A DNA stretch of 64,000 nt from Haplodiscus bocki. Its lineage: Eukaryota. Made by a program: the position numbers and the translations under genes. Numbering within the stretch: position 1 is the stretch's first letter; every line of letters starts with the position of its first letter. The stretch is from positions 81,902,001-81,966,000 of the forward strand of contig OZ296657.1 in NCBI GenBank assembly GCA_965655095.1. Direction: 5' to 3'. Under the pieces are notes generated by a model that saw only the letters and a list, made by a program, of their open reading frames with translations, made no database searches and was not told where the DNA came from. Of this stretch, positions 24,700-38,536 are shown piece by piece.

Positions 24700-26700
24700 T
24701 CTTAGTGTCAAACATTTTGATCCACCAAAGTATGTCAAGAATAGATTTCAAGGCATCAGGGGATGGGCTTTTTAGAGTATTGTTGGCTACTGAGTTCCAT
24801 TCGCTTATAGCTACTTCCGTGAATGATCCTTTCCAGATTTCCATTCAAGTTTTCTGAACTGTCAGCTTCTGAGACGTTCTCCTAGTCTTTTCTTTGAAAT
24901 TGACTACAAAAGTATTTTGCTCTCAGTTGGATTGTACTGTTCGGTCGAAATTTTTTAAGTTTCAGTTTCTTTTCGTTGGTTTTAATCTTCAAATGTCGGT
25001 ATATCTAGTTTCTTCAAAGTCTCTTACTACAATCTTTCTGTCAGTTTCACGAAAACATCTGTGGCACGTCTCTTGCATTTTTATTAGCAAACCGGTGTTT
25101 TTACATTGTTGGGTACCAGACTTAATTAGCATCTTCCAAAAGAGGTCGACTTATGCTTTCGTAGAGCGTTTTGAAGGTGTTGATGTCAAAGTACGAAAAC
25201 TAAATTTGGCTACAGCAAGCAAGGCAGTTGCTTCTTTGATTAGGCTGATAGAGTTCTCGTTGAATTTCATTATTTTAGAAAGGGTCAATCTCAATTTTTT
25301 TTCAGTTACTTTTTTGTCCAAAGTTTTACCATGTAACGTGCAAAAGCATTTTTTTGGTTACATGCGGCTTCCGCTAGTGAGCTTCCTGTTTTTGTCACCG
25401 GAGAACTTAAGGGGAATTGTCTCTGATTTTTCAGCCTAGTTAGACAACTGTATTTGTAGGGCATACAAGAATGATTGTTGTGAACCTTTAGTAAGAAAAC
25501 AGTATTGTCCGCGAAGAGTTGAATCGAGGACGTGAGGGCCTGGAATAACGTTATTACGGATACGATGAACAAGATCGTTTCTTAGACAGAACTGTGCGCA
25601 AATCCACTCATGGCAGCGCTACATCTAGTCAAATCACAGGCGTTTTTATCAGGAAGTGCAACTTTGACTGCTTCAAGAAAAAGAAACTCGTTACTGGATA
25701 TAACACGCAAGGTACTTCAATTGGTCCAATCATTTTCGAAATAATTATAACTACCAAAATTTTTCAGTGTTCGCTTGCTCCCGGATGAGTTTTGATGAAC
25801 TTGTTGATCCTGCTGGTCTTTTCGGAAAATAGAATTGGCTGTCAGCCCATCAAGGGAGAGTGGGCCAATTCGTTGGACAGTTTGACGTGCACAAGGAACT
25901 TTTTGATGTTCTCGATTTTTGACTTAACTTAGTGTAAAGTAGGTTAGTGCTGGCTGAGGCATACGACATCTTCCATTGTTATCAGGGTCCAAGTTTTTGT
26001 GGAAGAGGTTATATTCACAAGTGTTATGCCATAGAGTGTTCGGGCAAAGCGTTGAGTTTTCTGGTTTACATTCCGATGCACCTGTCACAACTGATTTTTT
26101 GTCACAAGATGATCTATTTCAGTCAATTTTTCCACTGTTAATGCTTCTCTGTTGGGTAACCACACTTCGAAATCGTTTCTACATGGATTAGCTGTTTATG
26201 TTCTTTTGTCATCTTGAAATTTTATTTTCCTGCAACTATGTTCACGAAACCGTCGGTTATTTTGTTGTTATGTTTTTTTTTGCGTGATTCACAAGACCTC
26301 CAAATTCACCTTTTGAATTAGGGCTACTGTCGGTTGCTATGCTAGAATCGTCGCTGCAGGTATTGATCATCTTTAATTTGTTGAGTTTTTTCTTAGTACC
26401 TTCAGGGTGTTTTCCGTCGTCAGGAGTTATCTTGGTTTTTGGCAACTTGTTGAAAGCATCCATTCTCACTGGTCAGCTTCTTTCCGTGACTTAGTGCCGT
26501 GCTTGATTTTTGGAGACTTACAATCGATTGGCTCCAAAAAGATCTCTCCTGGCATCTGAATGCTTTTTTGATGTATCACCGGATTTTGATTAACATCCGG
26601 GAACCTTGTGATTATAGAAGCTTTTTTGCTTCTCATATTGTCTTCTGGTGCTTTGTTTGTTGAAGTTGAGCCTCGAGTCGTAACTCGTTTCACAATTTTG
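24700..26700 (-). mobile_element. Second decayed CR1/L2-type LINE with an internal deletion
   Basis: ILFIV...SSIQLFADNT (RT FADD region, ~25500-25590); SFTEVAISEWNSV...LKSILD C-terminal pattern; APE-like start EYNLFHKNL...GR near 25960-26170. Boundaries approximate. Confidence 0.65.
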
Positions 26701-27856
26701 GATCAGTTGGTGTCGTTTTCCTTGTGCGCAATTCTCGAAATTTTCAAAATTGATTTCTCTCAGCTTCATTTTCTGATGAATTTCCCACGTAGAAATAGAA
26801 AACTTCCATCGAGGTCTCCACTGAGTTTATCGTTCCGTCCAGTGTGTCCCTGATTTTTTTGAGTTCCTTGTTTGAGGACTCTACTGGTTTTTTTTTGTTT
26901 TCCATTAGCTTCCTCACTATTGATGCGGAAGGTCCACAGCTCCAATTAACAGAGGGTTTTGCTGAGTAGTCCTTGACTACGGGTGAACTATCGACTCATA
27001 TTAAACAGTGGTCTCCACAATGGTTGTCTCATTGTGTGAAGCGATCGAAAAAATCACCAAAAGCTCACTGAAGTGCTCATATACTCGGTTAGAATCAGAA
27101 ATTTGTTTCGTTGTTCTTTCCTTGAGAACGACGTAAATTAGAGAACACTGAGTACTGACCGCAGTTGAAAATTCTGGGGAAGACACCAGATCAGAGATCA
27201 AAATCACCAAACTCACTTGATATTGATTTTTTTTCAAGTCTTTCTTCAGTTCTATTCACGCGGAGCTTTGGGTTTCTTCGCTTCTGGGATTGTTTCTTCC
27301 CGCCGTCTCGGCGCCTTTGCACCATTAAAATGCGATGATTTTTTCTTTTTCAAGCAGAGTTCCAACGAACTTCAACTTGAGATTAACACACGGGTCTCTT
27401 CCGACCAGATTCCTCATGAAGTACTGCTATTGACGCTATTTCATCGAACTACTTTTCTTTCACGCAGGCATGATCAGACTTTGCCTAGTTTTCACCTGCT
27501 CAGAAATGTTTTAGGCTACTTCTTTCTAGCAGTATTCAAAAGCTTTACTCCGGTGGCTATACTTCAATAAGAATGAAATCAACTCGTTGAATGAATTAAT
27601 TTTGTTTTTCTGGGACCCTGCTTCGTGATAGTTTTGCTTGAAATATTGTGTGCCAGATGATTAGGCCTCTTTTCGCTCTTCTCTCCTTTTTCTAGGATTA
27701 GTTTCAAACTTGCCAGATTGTTTTTCATGATTGTGTTAATGGACAGATCAGGATAGGGATAAATTGAATGATGGGGGGGGAAAGTAGCTGGTGTCGATGG
27801 CTACTGCATTTTTTGTAGAGGTCAGAGCCGGCCCCGATAAAAAGAGGATCAGCAAT

Positions 27857-28183
27857 TGTCATGTACTGAAACATTGCTTTAGTTGAGGACAGATGAATTT
27901 GAAACTTAGACTCAAAATTCCTTGATATATTATTCAACTTTAAACCCTTTTAACATTTTAAACTATCTTAAGTTTTTATTCATAATGTTTTTTTGATATT
28001 GATGAAAGCTGATTTCAAAATCAACAGCTCAGAAGAGTAAAAATTGAAATATTGGAAAGGTTCTGCCAACTAACCAAAAAGGATTCTGAACCATGCATCC
28101 AAGAATCTTGTCCGCTTGCCAATAAACTGCTGTCCCCAAAAGTGTGAAACATACATCAAGACCTGAAAGAGAGGTATAAAACT
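27857..28183 (+). repeat. 5' LTR of element 2 (327 bp)
   Basis: TGTCATGT...GAGGTATAAAACT; roughly 85% identical by eye to 42486-42806. Confidence 0.93.
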
Positions 28184-28197
28184 TGGTGACACTTCGG
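28184..28197 (+). promoter_or_regulatory. Primer-binding site of element 2 (possibly tRNA-Trp)
   Basis: TGGTGAC directly after the LTR; only 7 nt agree with a typical tRNA-Trp 3' end. Confidence 0.55.
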
Positions 28198-29285
28198 AGA
28201 CGATCGTCAAATTGCAAACTGCAGAAAAACTATCCTCTCTGGGCTGAAAAGCCCGATTGTGCTTCCTATCAACCAACCACTGTGATCCCTTCACGCCATC
28301 CAGCAAACCCAGTCACATCATCCATGTCCAGATGCAGTTCCATGTTGACGGTCCAGATCCATGGAGCTGCACACCTTGAACAAAGAACTGACGGCAGTAT
28401 CATTTAGCTTTGACAAACATTGTAAAACTGTCTGACGTGAGTTCTATGTGTCCTGGAAAAAAATATCAAAAAAACACTGGAAATCAATACCATGTTTGGA
28501 TTGCAATGACTTTTTTGGGGGAAATTTTCGAATTCATTGTGGAGCAAAAACCTTGAATCGCAGAAAGCCGCAATTTAGCATTCTTATTCAGCATTCAATT
28601 CAATGGTGTTCAATTGATGTTCAGTTTTGGACAGGACAACGACACGACATTGGGATTTCAATTTTCATTCAGATGTTTGATGTGATGCTTCAATTCAATC
28701 ACGAACATTCGGTGGTCTTGGTAACTTAAAGGCCAGTTTAGATGTAGTAAATTTTTTGGAGCTTTAAGTGTTTCATTTTCGTTCAATTCGCTTTCATTCA
28801 GCTTGATACGCCTTTTTCTTTCAAGGGTCGCTTTCAAGACTGTTTTATTTTAAATTCTTCATGCTTTCAACACTGGTCTAAACAAATTCTTTTTTGAAAA
28901 AATTCTGAGTTTTCATTTTACATTTACAAAACCCGAGTTGGAACCAACTCTCAATCTTTGAAGTGATTTTAATTGTTTGATTGGGTGTCGCTGTAGTTGT
29001 CATCTTTGTTTCCTTTTCGTCTGTGGATCTTTCCACGGTGTTTACAAAGAAAAAGTTTGATTGATAAACTCTTCACAGAACTTTCTGCAGCAACTTTTTG
29101 CCATGTTTTGCAGATTATTTCTTCTGAAAAATAACATTTCTTTTTCACAGAGTAGTTTTTTTTTCCACGATTATTTCTTATCGCACAGTTTTTAGTTTTC
29201 GTTCTTCTTTCTTTTATTTTAACCTAAGTTAACCCCATCATTAATCTTCTGAACTTAGCTTAACCTTAACTCTAAGTCTTTAGTT

Positions 29286-30609
29286 ATGACTCAACCTCAA
29301 ATTACGCTTAATCCGTTTTCGGGTTCAGAAAGAGAAAAATTTTCCGAGTTTGAACTCCGTCTTCGAAGTATTTTGGCGGTAGCTGCGCTTCCTGCCAATC
29401 AGCAAGAAAACTTTTTACAATTGCAACTCCGAGATGCTGCCTTACAATTTTTGCAATGTTTGTTCCTTGCAGGACGTCAAAATTTGGACCTTTCAATAAC
29501 CATTGTTCGAGAATGGGTTGTATAATCCTCAATTACAAGAATTACATGTCCTCAAACTCGAAAATATGAAAATTGGTTCGAAAACAGACACGCTTGAAAT
29601 TTTTCTGAGGCTGTTACAAACAAAAGCAACGAAAGCCTATCTGGATCCACATCCTCCGGCTATTGCTCCAAATGACCCACATGCAACGGATGCGGCTGTT
29701 GAACAAACTCCGTTTGACCAAGACACAGTGCGTCGCGCAGAAATATAACGTTCTGCTCAAAAGGCACGTTCAGTTCAAAATAGGCGTCAATTGATCAAAA
29801 ATAAGCCCAGATGGCTACGCGCAAAGTTGATGGAGCAACTTTTTAAAACTACAGTAGAAGCCTTATGTATTTTAGCGCAAAAACAATTGTCAATTCATAA
29901 TCCTTGCAAAACAGACGATCCTGTCATGGACGCATATAGCGAAATGGGCATTCGGTTACAGATACAATTAATACCTCATTGACAAAATTGAGTTCTGGTC
30001 AAGAAGCAATGGACAAGAAATGAATCGAAATGTCAAAAAAATTTGACAAACTAAACTCTAACTTAACGAACCAATTTAACAAATTTCAGAAAAATCAAAC
30101 ACAACAGCCCCAAAGGGGCTCTTTTTTGCAAAAGTGTGGTCAAAACACAAATTATTCCAGAGGTAAAAACCGCAAAAAATTTAGAGGCCGCTTCCGCGGT
30201 AACACTCGAGGATTCAGAGGACTTCAACCGATTTATCCACGACCTCAATGGCAGAATCAGAACCATAGTTCATATACGCCACGGCAACAGTGTTATCAAA
30301 ACTTTCCCGAGCAAAACTCAAATTCCTTTCTTTCAGCCACAGTCGTCCAATTTCTAACCTCCGAAACAAAACTAAAGGAATCGAAAATTTGAGAATTAAA
30401 ACTCACAGCCTCAGAATTGAACTTTTTAACCGTAACCATCGTTTGAAGCCTTTACTCCATATCCTAACTTTTTGCCTTAAACACGACAAACTCAGATCAC
30501 CTGTCATAAATATGGCTATCCTAATCACTTAGCGCCAAACTGTGCAGTACGAAAAAATCCTCCGCGTCTTGGAGCACAAAAGCCTTTCAACCAAAATCCA
30601 AAAAACTAA
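29286..30609 (+). pseudogene. gag: Gag of element 2, fragmented
   Basis: ITLNPFSG...FSEFE...FLQLQLRDAALQF; RG-rich tail; degenerate knuckle CHKYGYPNHLAPNC (30502-30543); ends CCA AAA AAC TAA. Confidence 0.8.
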
Positions 30610-30611
30610 AT

Positions 30612-33600
30612 ATGCAGCACAAAGATCAAAAGCCCAAACATGTAAAGAAAGTCCAGTCAAAGAAGCCAGACACCTGTAAAGTACTTTCTCACATAGTTCT
30701 GCCAGACATGTGCACTGTTCTCTCTTTAGAAGGAGAAAACCTCTCTTATGTTCGTTTGAAAATTTCTAACCAATTTAAACGAAGAACCTTAATTGATACA
30801 GGCTCTTGTGCTAATGCTTTACTTGAACCTTTATTTAAAGACCGCAACGTATCTAATCCTAAATCTTCAACTTTTGAAGAACTTTTCACTAATTCTGTCA
30901 GACTGGCTTCTGGTTATAGAGTTTCGACTGATAAACAGGCAAAATTTTCAGGTCGGACCTCACGATTTCCAGGATAGTTTTTTATTTTTACCGACAAAGA
31001 ATAGTGTTTTTCTCTGAAATCCTTTTTTCAAACAAAATAATAATACAATTGATCCAGAAAAAAAGTTTGCTACAATTACCAAATTCAACAGTACAGCTGA
31101 ATCAAATTTGCTTGAGTAAGGTAAAGAACGTTACACGAAGAAATTACCGAACATTCCTTTGATCTCGACCAAGAAAGTACAAATAGTGTCTCAGTCGCAA
31201 GTACTTTTAGAATGTATTTTGGCCAAATTATCTGACCAGTACCAATCGTGTAGTGGATTAGGAATTCCTAGCAACCGCTACGAAGATAAATGCAGTTTTG
31301 TTCTTACTCCGTCTCTTAGCAAGGTTGATGATAAAGGAAAACTCATCGTTTCAGACATAAATCTTTCTGATAATCAAATCACGTTAAATTATAGAACCGA
31401 AAAACGCATTTCGAAGTTTTGAACGAAGCACAGGCTGATAACTTGATTGAAATTAATCCTCAGTTGATTTAATTAGCAAAAACGCGGAACCCGGTTGATT
31501 TTGAAGGCGTACTGGATCAATTGATTCAAGATTTTCATTTTAAAAAATTTGACACACCAACAAGTCGCCCGCCTCCGGTCTACTCGAAACTCTGGTTTTC
31601 AACTCCAGCGACGTGTGGTGGTTTTTCTAATATAACACCTCTCCAACGATCAGTTTTTGATCAATTTTTGCAACTTCAGAGACAAGAAAAAGTGGATCCA
31701 AAAAACAGTAAGACTGATAGAGCGGATTTTCTGAAAAATCTTCCATGGGATACTTGTGTCCTAAGTGCTGACCGGAAAAGGCAACTTGAGGACTGTTTGG
31801 TTGAATGCCACGATGTGTTTGACAAACATAGCTTTGATGTAGGCTATAACACAGATCTCAAAATTAAATTAACACCAGAACACCCACTTCCGCTGTAAGT
31901 GCAATGTTCGCCAGCTTCAATCCACCTACATGATGAAATTTTGATTCAACTTGCATTGTTACAATGTTTTTACATTATATCAACGCTCTCACATTCCAAA
32001 TACAGTAGGCCGACATTTGTTCATGGCAAGTCATCTGGTAAGCTGAGAAGTTTTTTTGACTTACGTCGCGTGACCCATCTCCTACGCCATGATTATTTAA
32101 ATGGTAATTTTCCGATTTCCATTATGACGGATGCCAAAAATCACTTCGCCGGAAAAACTTTGTTTTGCAAATTAGATTGTTCACAAGCATACTATTGTGT
32201 TCAAATGGTAGATGACTTTTCAGTCCATTTTTTGGCATTCAGCTTCGCCACTCGAACATTCGCCTACAATTTCTTAGCTCAAGGCTCGAATAAACTTGTC
32301 AGGGGATTCAGTTCATTTGTCGAGCACTATCTTGACCCCTGTTTAGCAGCTAATGTATGCAAGCAATTCATCTATGATAATGCTGCCGGAGTATATTCTT
32401 TTGATGAAATGATACCTGCTTCACGAAAAAATATTGATTGTTTGAGACAATCGGGTCTGGGGCTTTCAGCGCATAAATGTGAAATTGGAACAACAAAATG
32501 TAACTACTTTGGTAGTATAAATAACCCGAAAGGAATTTCAGCCCAAAATGCAAAATTTTGACGCGACTTTTTTGGCCCAATTAGAATGCCAAAGAAAGGA
32601 AAACAAGTGAATCGCCTAATTGGTTTTGTGCAGGTTTTCCGAAACTTTTTTCCCAATCTTGGTCAAAAAGTTTTGCCATTTTGCAGACTTTTACGGAAAA
32701 AAGTAATTTTACAATTACAAATGATCATCATGAATGTTTCAACACTTTAAAACCTGATTTACCACTTGTTACCTGTTTAACGTTATGTTTAGCTAAACCA
32801 GGCCTCCAGTATATCATCCTTTGTGCTGATAGTTTCCATGGTACTGGATTTGTGTTAATGATTGAAGATTACTGGATTGATCAAAAAGGTGAAAAAGAGA
32901 AAATTACGCTCCAGTATGTTTTGGTTCGAGACATTTTACAACAACTCAATAGGAATTTTCAGTCTTTTATAAAGACTTTCTAGCTCTGTATTTTGCCTTA
33001 GAACATTTTGCACACTTCATTTGGGGCGCCACAAGACCTGTCCTAGTTTTTACTGACAATAGAAGTCTGACGTTTTTTTTCAGTCTGAAGGCATTCATCC
33101 ATCCTAATGGAATTGCTTGGACAGAGTTTTGTTTTTCAATATTCTATTTGCGCATATTCCTGGAAAAGCAAACTCTGCTGCTGTTTTTCTTTCACGCCTG
33201 CCAACGGATCTTAAATCAGCTTTGCAGATAAAACTCACGGATTGCGCACCTATTCGTGAAAATGAAATTTAAACGCAAACAAAGGCGCCAAATGTCTCTT
33301 TTTCGGACAATATTGAGATTGCGCCATTTTTTGAAGAACTACAACCTCCAGTCGATGAGCACTTCATCACTCAATTGAAGGCACACAGCCTCTATGACCA
33401 ATTTTTAGAAAAACAACCTAGTGACGCGCTTAGGATATCCATATAACGGGCTTTTTCTAATTTTCATCAGTCCCACAGGTTAACCTGATCGAAACTAACA
33501 TTTTTGAAGACATTTCGAATGATTTACCAAATCGAACACAAACCTTTGACTTAGTCCAAAAACAACATAACGATGAAGTTTTACGAGAGGTAAAGTCATG

Positions 33601-36452
33601 AAAAAATTGGGTAACCCTGATGAGTTGCCCAATTTACCGTTAGCATTACGAAGGCATCGAAAACATTTCAACCGCCTAGTTGTCGAAACTGATTTTTTAT
33701 ATAGTCTATTTTATGAAGAGTGTCGTAAAGTAAAATACAAACAAATCTGTGTACCCAAAACGCTTTGGCGTGATGTTGTCCTCCACCTCCATACTTCAAA
33801 AACTGCCGGAAAGTCTGGCATTGCCAGAACAGTTGAAGAATTTCGATAGAGTTTCTATTTTGCAAATGGTACCGAAATTATCATTTCCTGTATTAAAAAC
33901 TGCCTCGCTGGCCTACAACTTAAACGCGTACCGTCAAAGGTTTTGAAAAAACTGCTACAGCCAGTGTCCTCCCTAAAATCGTATCCAGCTGAAACAATTC
34001 AAATTGATCTGGTGACCAGGAAAATCCCCAGTTCACCGTTATGTGTTGACAGCTTTTGTTGTCTTTACAAATTACTTGTTTGCTGTCCTTTTGACAAATG
34101 TCAGAGCAGAGAAAAGTGCGCTTGGACTTACGTCAATCTTTTTGCGACATAGTTACTCGCCAAAAAAACTTTTTTGACCTGGGTACCTCGTTTATATCTG
34201 AGCTTGTGCATAATTTAACGAAACTGCTTGAAATTCAGCTAGAGCATGCCAGTTTAAAACACCCACAAACGGTGGGCTTTGTTGAACGCTCTCATAGGGC
34301 GGTTAAACGTATTCTAAAGTTGACTACTAATGAACAGTGGAACAACTGGTGTAAATGCGTACAGTTAGCTACTTTGATTCACAACACGTCCTATCATTCA
34401 GCAATTGGCTGTAGTCCCGCAGTTTCTTTCGACATGCGTTAACCATTAAAACGACTCAATAATCTACTAGTCAATAACACTTCGATTGAACGATTTTCTC
34501 CGAATAGTGAATATGTGATCGCATTACAAGATGCAATGAACAAGAAAGTTTCTGAAACCAAATTTATGTTGACCGGAAAGTACAACAAAAGACCGTTCCT
34601 ATTATGATTGCAAAGCGGAAGCCAAACCGTTCTCTCTCTTCTCATACTCTCTTTTACTTAACCTAAAATTGATGACACAGTCTGATTTTGCGAGTAAGTT
34701 GTTGCCAAAGTGGCTTCCTCTTTGTCGTATTGAGAAAATTTTGACAAACTATAATTACATTGTTCGCAAGGTTGGCACGAACTACATACAATGTGTCCGC
34801 CGAATTTGCTTGAATCTTGTGACTCCTGAACGTCGCATTGATAATCTAACGGTCAATAATGTCAAAAATTTTCAAAGAGCCTCATCGTTGTGCCACTATC
34901 GTTGTAAACCAACATTGTTTGAAGAATTTCTTCCTTGTTTGTGGGAACTTCCCAGCACCGGGGTTACAACACAAAATTAGACGGAAGGTTCGCCACCTGT
35001 CACTGTCAGTTTCTTTTTTTCGATCGCTCATGCGCCTGTACCAGTCCGACTGGCAGCTGCACCGGCTCCAATACCTCTACTTGCTGCGGTGGTGGCCCCA
35101 GTTTTGTTGGCTTTGACGCCGCAGATGTTGAAGCATCGGAGCCGCAAGTTCCAGAGCAACCTTATCTTCCTACTCAAGATGTTCGATTTTCTGACAACTC
35201 AGATGATTCTTTTAGTTTTGATGCTTTATTACACACTCGAACGTTACACAAAAAACCTACCTACATAAATTTAGGCGCGCAGAGTCTACCAGCCGAAGCA
35301 ATACCTACTTACCGGCAATCTCCACTGCCCCTTTTTCACGTTCGCAAAGTTCCCATGCAACTAGCAGCGCTGGCTCCAATAAATGTTGAGTGACTCTCCA
35401 ATAAACGTTTCTAATTTGTTTGAGTTTGAACAAGGACCACTCCTGGAACCTCAACCTTCGGAGTTCATGCCTCCTGTTGATCAAGGTAACCTAAGAGTTT
35501 TCACAACCCGTCTTAGTCACACTGCAGATTGCGACAGCTCAGTTGATACTACGCTTAAGAAATTCAAATACCTTTGTAATTCTCCTACTGCTCTTACATG
35601 TGAAAGCCAACCGGCGCAATCTTCTAGTACAAATTTGCCCAAAATCTTATGAACTTCGACCGAGACTACCACCTCGTGATTATCATGAGAAAATCATTCG
35701 AAACAAAATACAGCCCAAAATGCAATGTATTCCAATTAGTGAGCCAGCTGTGTCATCGAATCAGCTGACACAAGGTCAGAAACCTAATGCAATCACTGAC
35801 TCGTGCCAACAAAAACGAACTCTGTCAAGTGGTTTTGAATCAGAAGCTGACCATAAAGTACACAACACTTTTACACAATTTAAGCATTCAGCTCAGTCAA
35901 CGCCACCTGGGTATTGAGGGCATCAGAAAGCAGTACGCAAGCGCTACTCATTGAAAAATTTAAAAAAAGATTATCAAGTGCCAATGACGTCAAGGCAGTC
36001 ATTGACTCGAGCGTACATCCAAATTCTTGTTTTTGCCAGTCGAATACTCTAACAACTACTACATCCATGGCACACTGTGTTTCTTCTGACTTCGCCATGG
36101 GCAAAAAACTAATTTCGGCGTTTGTTTGTAGTTACCTTGAGCTCCAGCAGATGCGCAGAAGGTCTTTCAATCTTTTTTCACCATGATCTTCAGTAGCCTA
36201 TTTCGATCAACAAAATAATCGATATCTTTAGAACTTAGAGCCAAAACGACACTTTTTTCAAAAATTTACCTATGAAACACTCGAATTGAACCACCAAGCG
36301 TTAAGGTACCTCTTGAAGCGCCACAATATACAAGAACTTGCAATTTGGTTGTGGATATGATCAGTTACAATGGCCAACAGTTTTTTTCATTTTTATTCAA
36401 AGTTATTTCGTGTTCCCACCCGACAATAACAATCTTTCAGCCTACACGTTAG
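30612..36452 (+). pseudogene. pol: Pol of element 2 (PR-RT-RH-IN-linker-Macro), heavily disrupted
   Basis: Protease LIDTGSCANA; RT KLRSFFDLRR, KLDCSQAYY; RNase H CADSFHGTGFVL; integrase DLGTSFISEL, KHPQTVGFVERSH, HNTSYHSAIG. Confidence 0.9.
36010..36452 (+). other. TARG1/OARD1-like macrodomain at the C-terminus of element 2 pol
   Basis: SMAHCVSSDFAMGK...RYL*NLEPKRHFFQKFTYETL...IQELAI, frameshift, FGCGYDQLQWPTV...ITIFQPTR*. Confidence 0.88.
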
Positions 36453-37259
36453 CTTAGTATCCCACTATAAGAGTCGATAGCATTTTCAGCTACCTATGGC
36501 TCTTTCCCGTAGGAAAAACTTTGTCGAATACAGGCATAAAACTCGCTCTTGAAACTTGACCTTTCCAAGACAAAATTTTCAAGGTCAAATAAAATTTCCG
36601 ACCTGATTTTTCGGTGGCTACGTTTTTTTCGCTCCTGTACTGATTCCATGCTGTGGAAGGGGCATCTGCAAAAAATTCCAATCTTGCCCGATATTACGTT
36701 TTTTACCAAGCTGCCACAGTTGTCTTTTTCCCCGTATTTTGATGTTTGTTTCATCTAAGTTCGCTTCATAAATGGTCTTCTTAGATCATCTTGCTTGCTT
36801 GTGAGTTTTGGGCAAAAAACAAAAAACAAAAATTGGTATGACGTATAAATTTTTGGCAACTCTGCATGTTGTGTCCATTTGGTTGATGAAAAGATTTATC
36901 TATTACTCAGTTTAGTCCCGTAGCCCTCTAGTTTTTCTAGACACAGGACAGTCTTCTCCGTTTTCATTGCGAAAGGTCGTTCCACTGCTAAATTAAATCA
37001 ACTGCTTTAGTTTTCAATTACGGTATCGAAACCTCGCAAGAAAAACACTTTACCTTTCTACTGACCACTCTACTAAAGGCTCGCAATGAAACATTTTTGC
37101 ATTTTCTGATTGAACAACAAAGAACATGAATACAGAGCGAACGGCAAGCCCCCTTGATCCGGTCGAATACCGTATTTGCCCCTTTCTATTCGAATAACAC
37201 CAGAACAGTAGCTTATCCCAGCCCAATAGATGCGGTGTTCCTAATACCAAAAAATACAC

Positions 37260-38400
37260 CTACTTCACATGGGATCGTCTTTCCAGGGGGTTCAATGCAA
37301 TCTTGCCTTACCCTAGGTGCACCTACGGCGCCACTTGATTTACAGACAACCTCCAGTTCCCATTCATGTGGGCAACACGCGCGACACTTCATTGATCATT
37401 CCCGGAATTCCTCAGTCTTCATTGAAGCCGAAATTTCTTCTCTTAGTTTTTTCAACGCTTCTTTGTCTTTTTTCTTATATCTGTAAAGAGCATAAACCTT
37501 CAGCAGCTTGTTTCTTGTTGCACGTTCTACATTTTCAATACACTAACCACTCTTTCTCCCAGTTAATAAATAGAAAACGCTAGACAGCCAGCACTTGCCT
37601 CCTCTTTTGGCCAGAATCGATTTACAGGACATCTCTTTCGGCTACCCGAAACTGAGCACTCCCAGCCCTTGGTATTCATCTTTCGCCTGATGAATCTTTC
37701 GCCCGAAATTCTCAAAAGTTTCTATTCTTGCTTCAAGAGCAACACTTACTGCCTTCTGCCGTCGATACCTTTTTTGATACTTCCAAAACAATTGTGGGCA
37801 GTTGTGTAGATACCTAAAAAAAATCCCCAATTTCCCTCCTTAATAAAGTACCTTCAATTCTTTTTTTTTCACTGGACGATTTGAAAAGTATTACTGACAC
37901 CTTAACAGCTCCTTCAATCTCCTCCAAAAATGCGGTCCTCACAAAATCCTTTCCAGCCAATTGCTTCTGCAATGTCTGCAGATCTCGTGTAGTTTTTTCG
38001 AGTTCTAAAAGGACCAGATTTAACACCGCTGTCTTTTGCTCCACAGTGGGTACTTTGAAATCGTTACAAAGTAGACCCTGTCATTTCTAATTGAAAAGGG
38101 TCCTAACCTTTCCAACCACTGTCTTTTTTTTCTCTTTCACACTGCGCAACCATTAAATCTACTCTTTGGTGCCTTTTCATCTCTTTGAACACCCTGTTCA
38201 AAATATTTTCCATTTTGCTCCAAAAAACGTCAACAAATTGATTTCTTGATCGTTTTGTTCACTTACATCAATCGGGGCTTTGTTTTTTTAACCAAATTTG
38301 GTTCAACACCATCATGTTTCAAAACCTTGGTTTCCGTTTCGAACAAACTGACAATTGTGCCAGCTGAGTAATTCACGCCTTTTTGTTTAAACCTCCAGTT
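37260..38400 (-). pseudogene. Antisense accessory ORF remnant inside element 2, unknown helical protein
   Basis: Overlapping minus-strand ORFs 37814-38044 and 37642-37830 plus flanks join into a long Lys/Glu/Leu-rich reading with a few breaks. Confidence 0.45.
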
Positions 38401-38536
38401 TTCGAACAATTGGCTCCTTTTATGCTACGCTGACGCTTCTTTGCATCACTTTTGTCATTTTTGATTGCAAGCTAAATGCCTCATTTCCAATTACTTTTTT
38501 CACCAAAATACGACTTCTTCAACGACCTCAACGATC

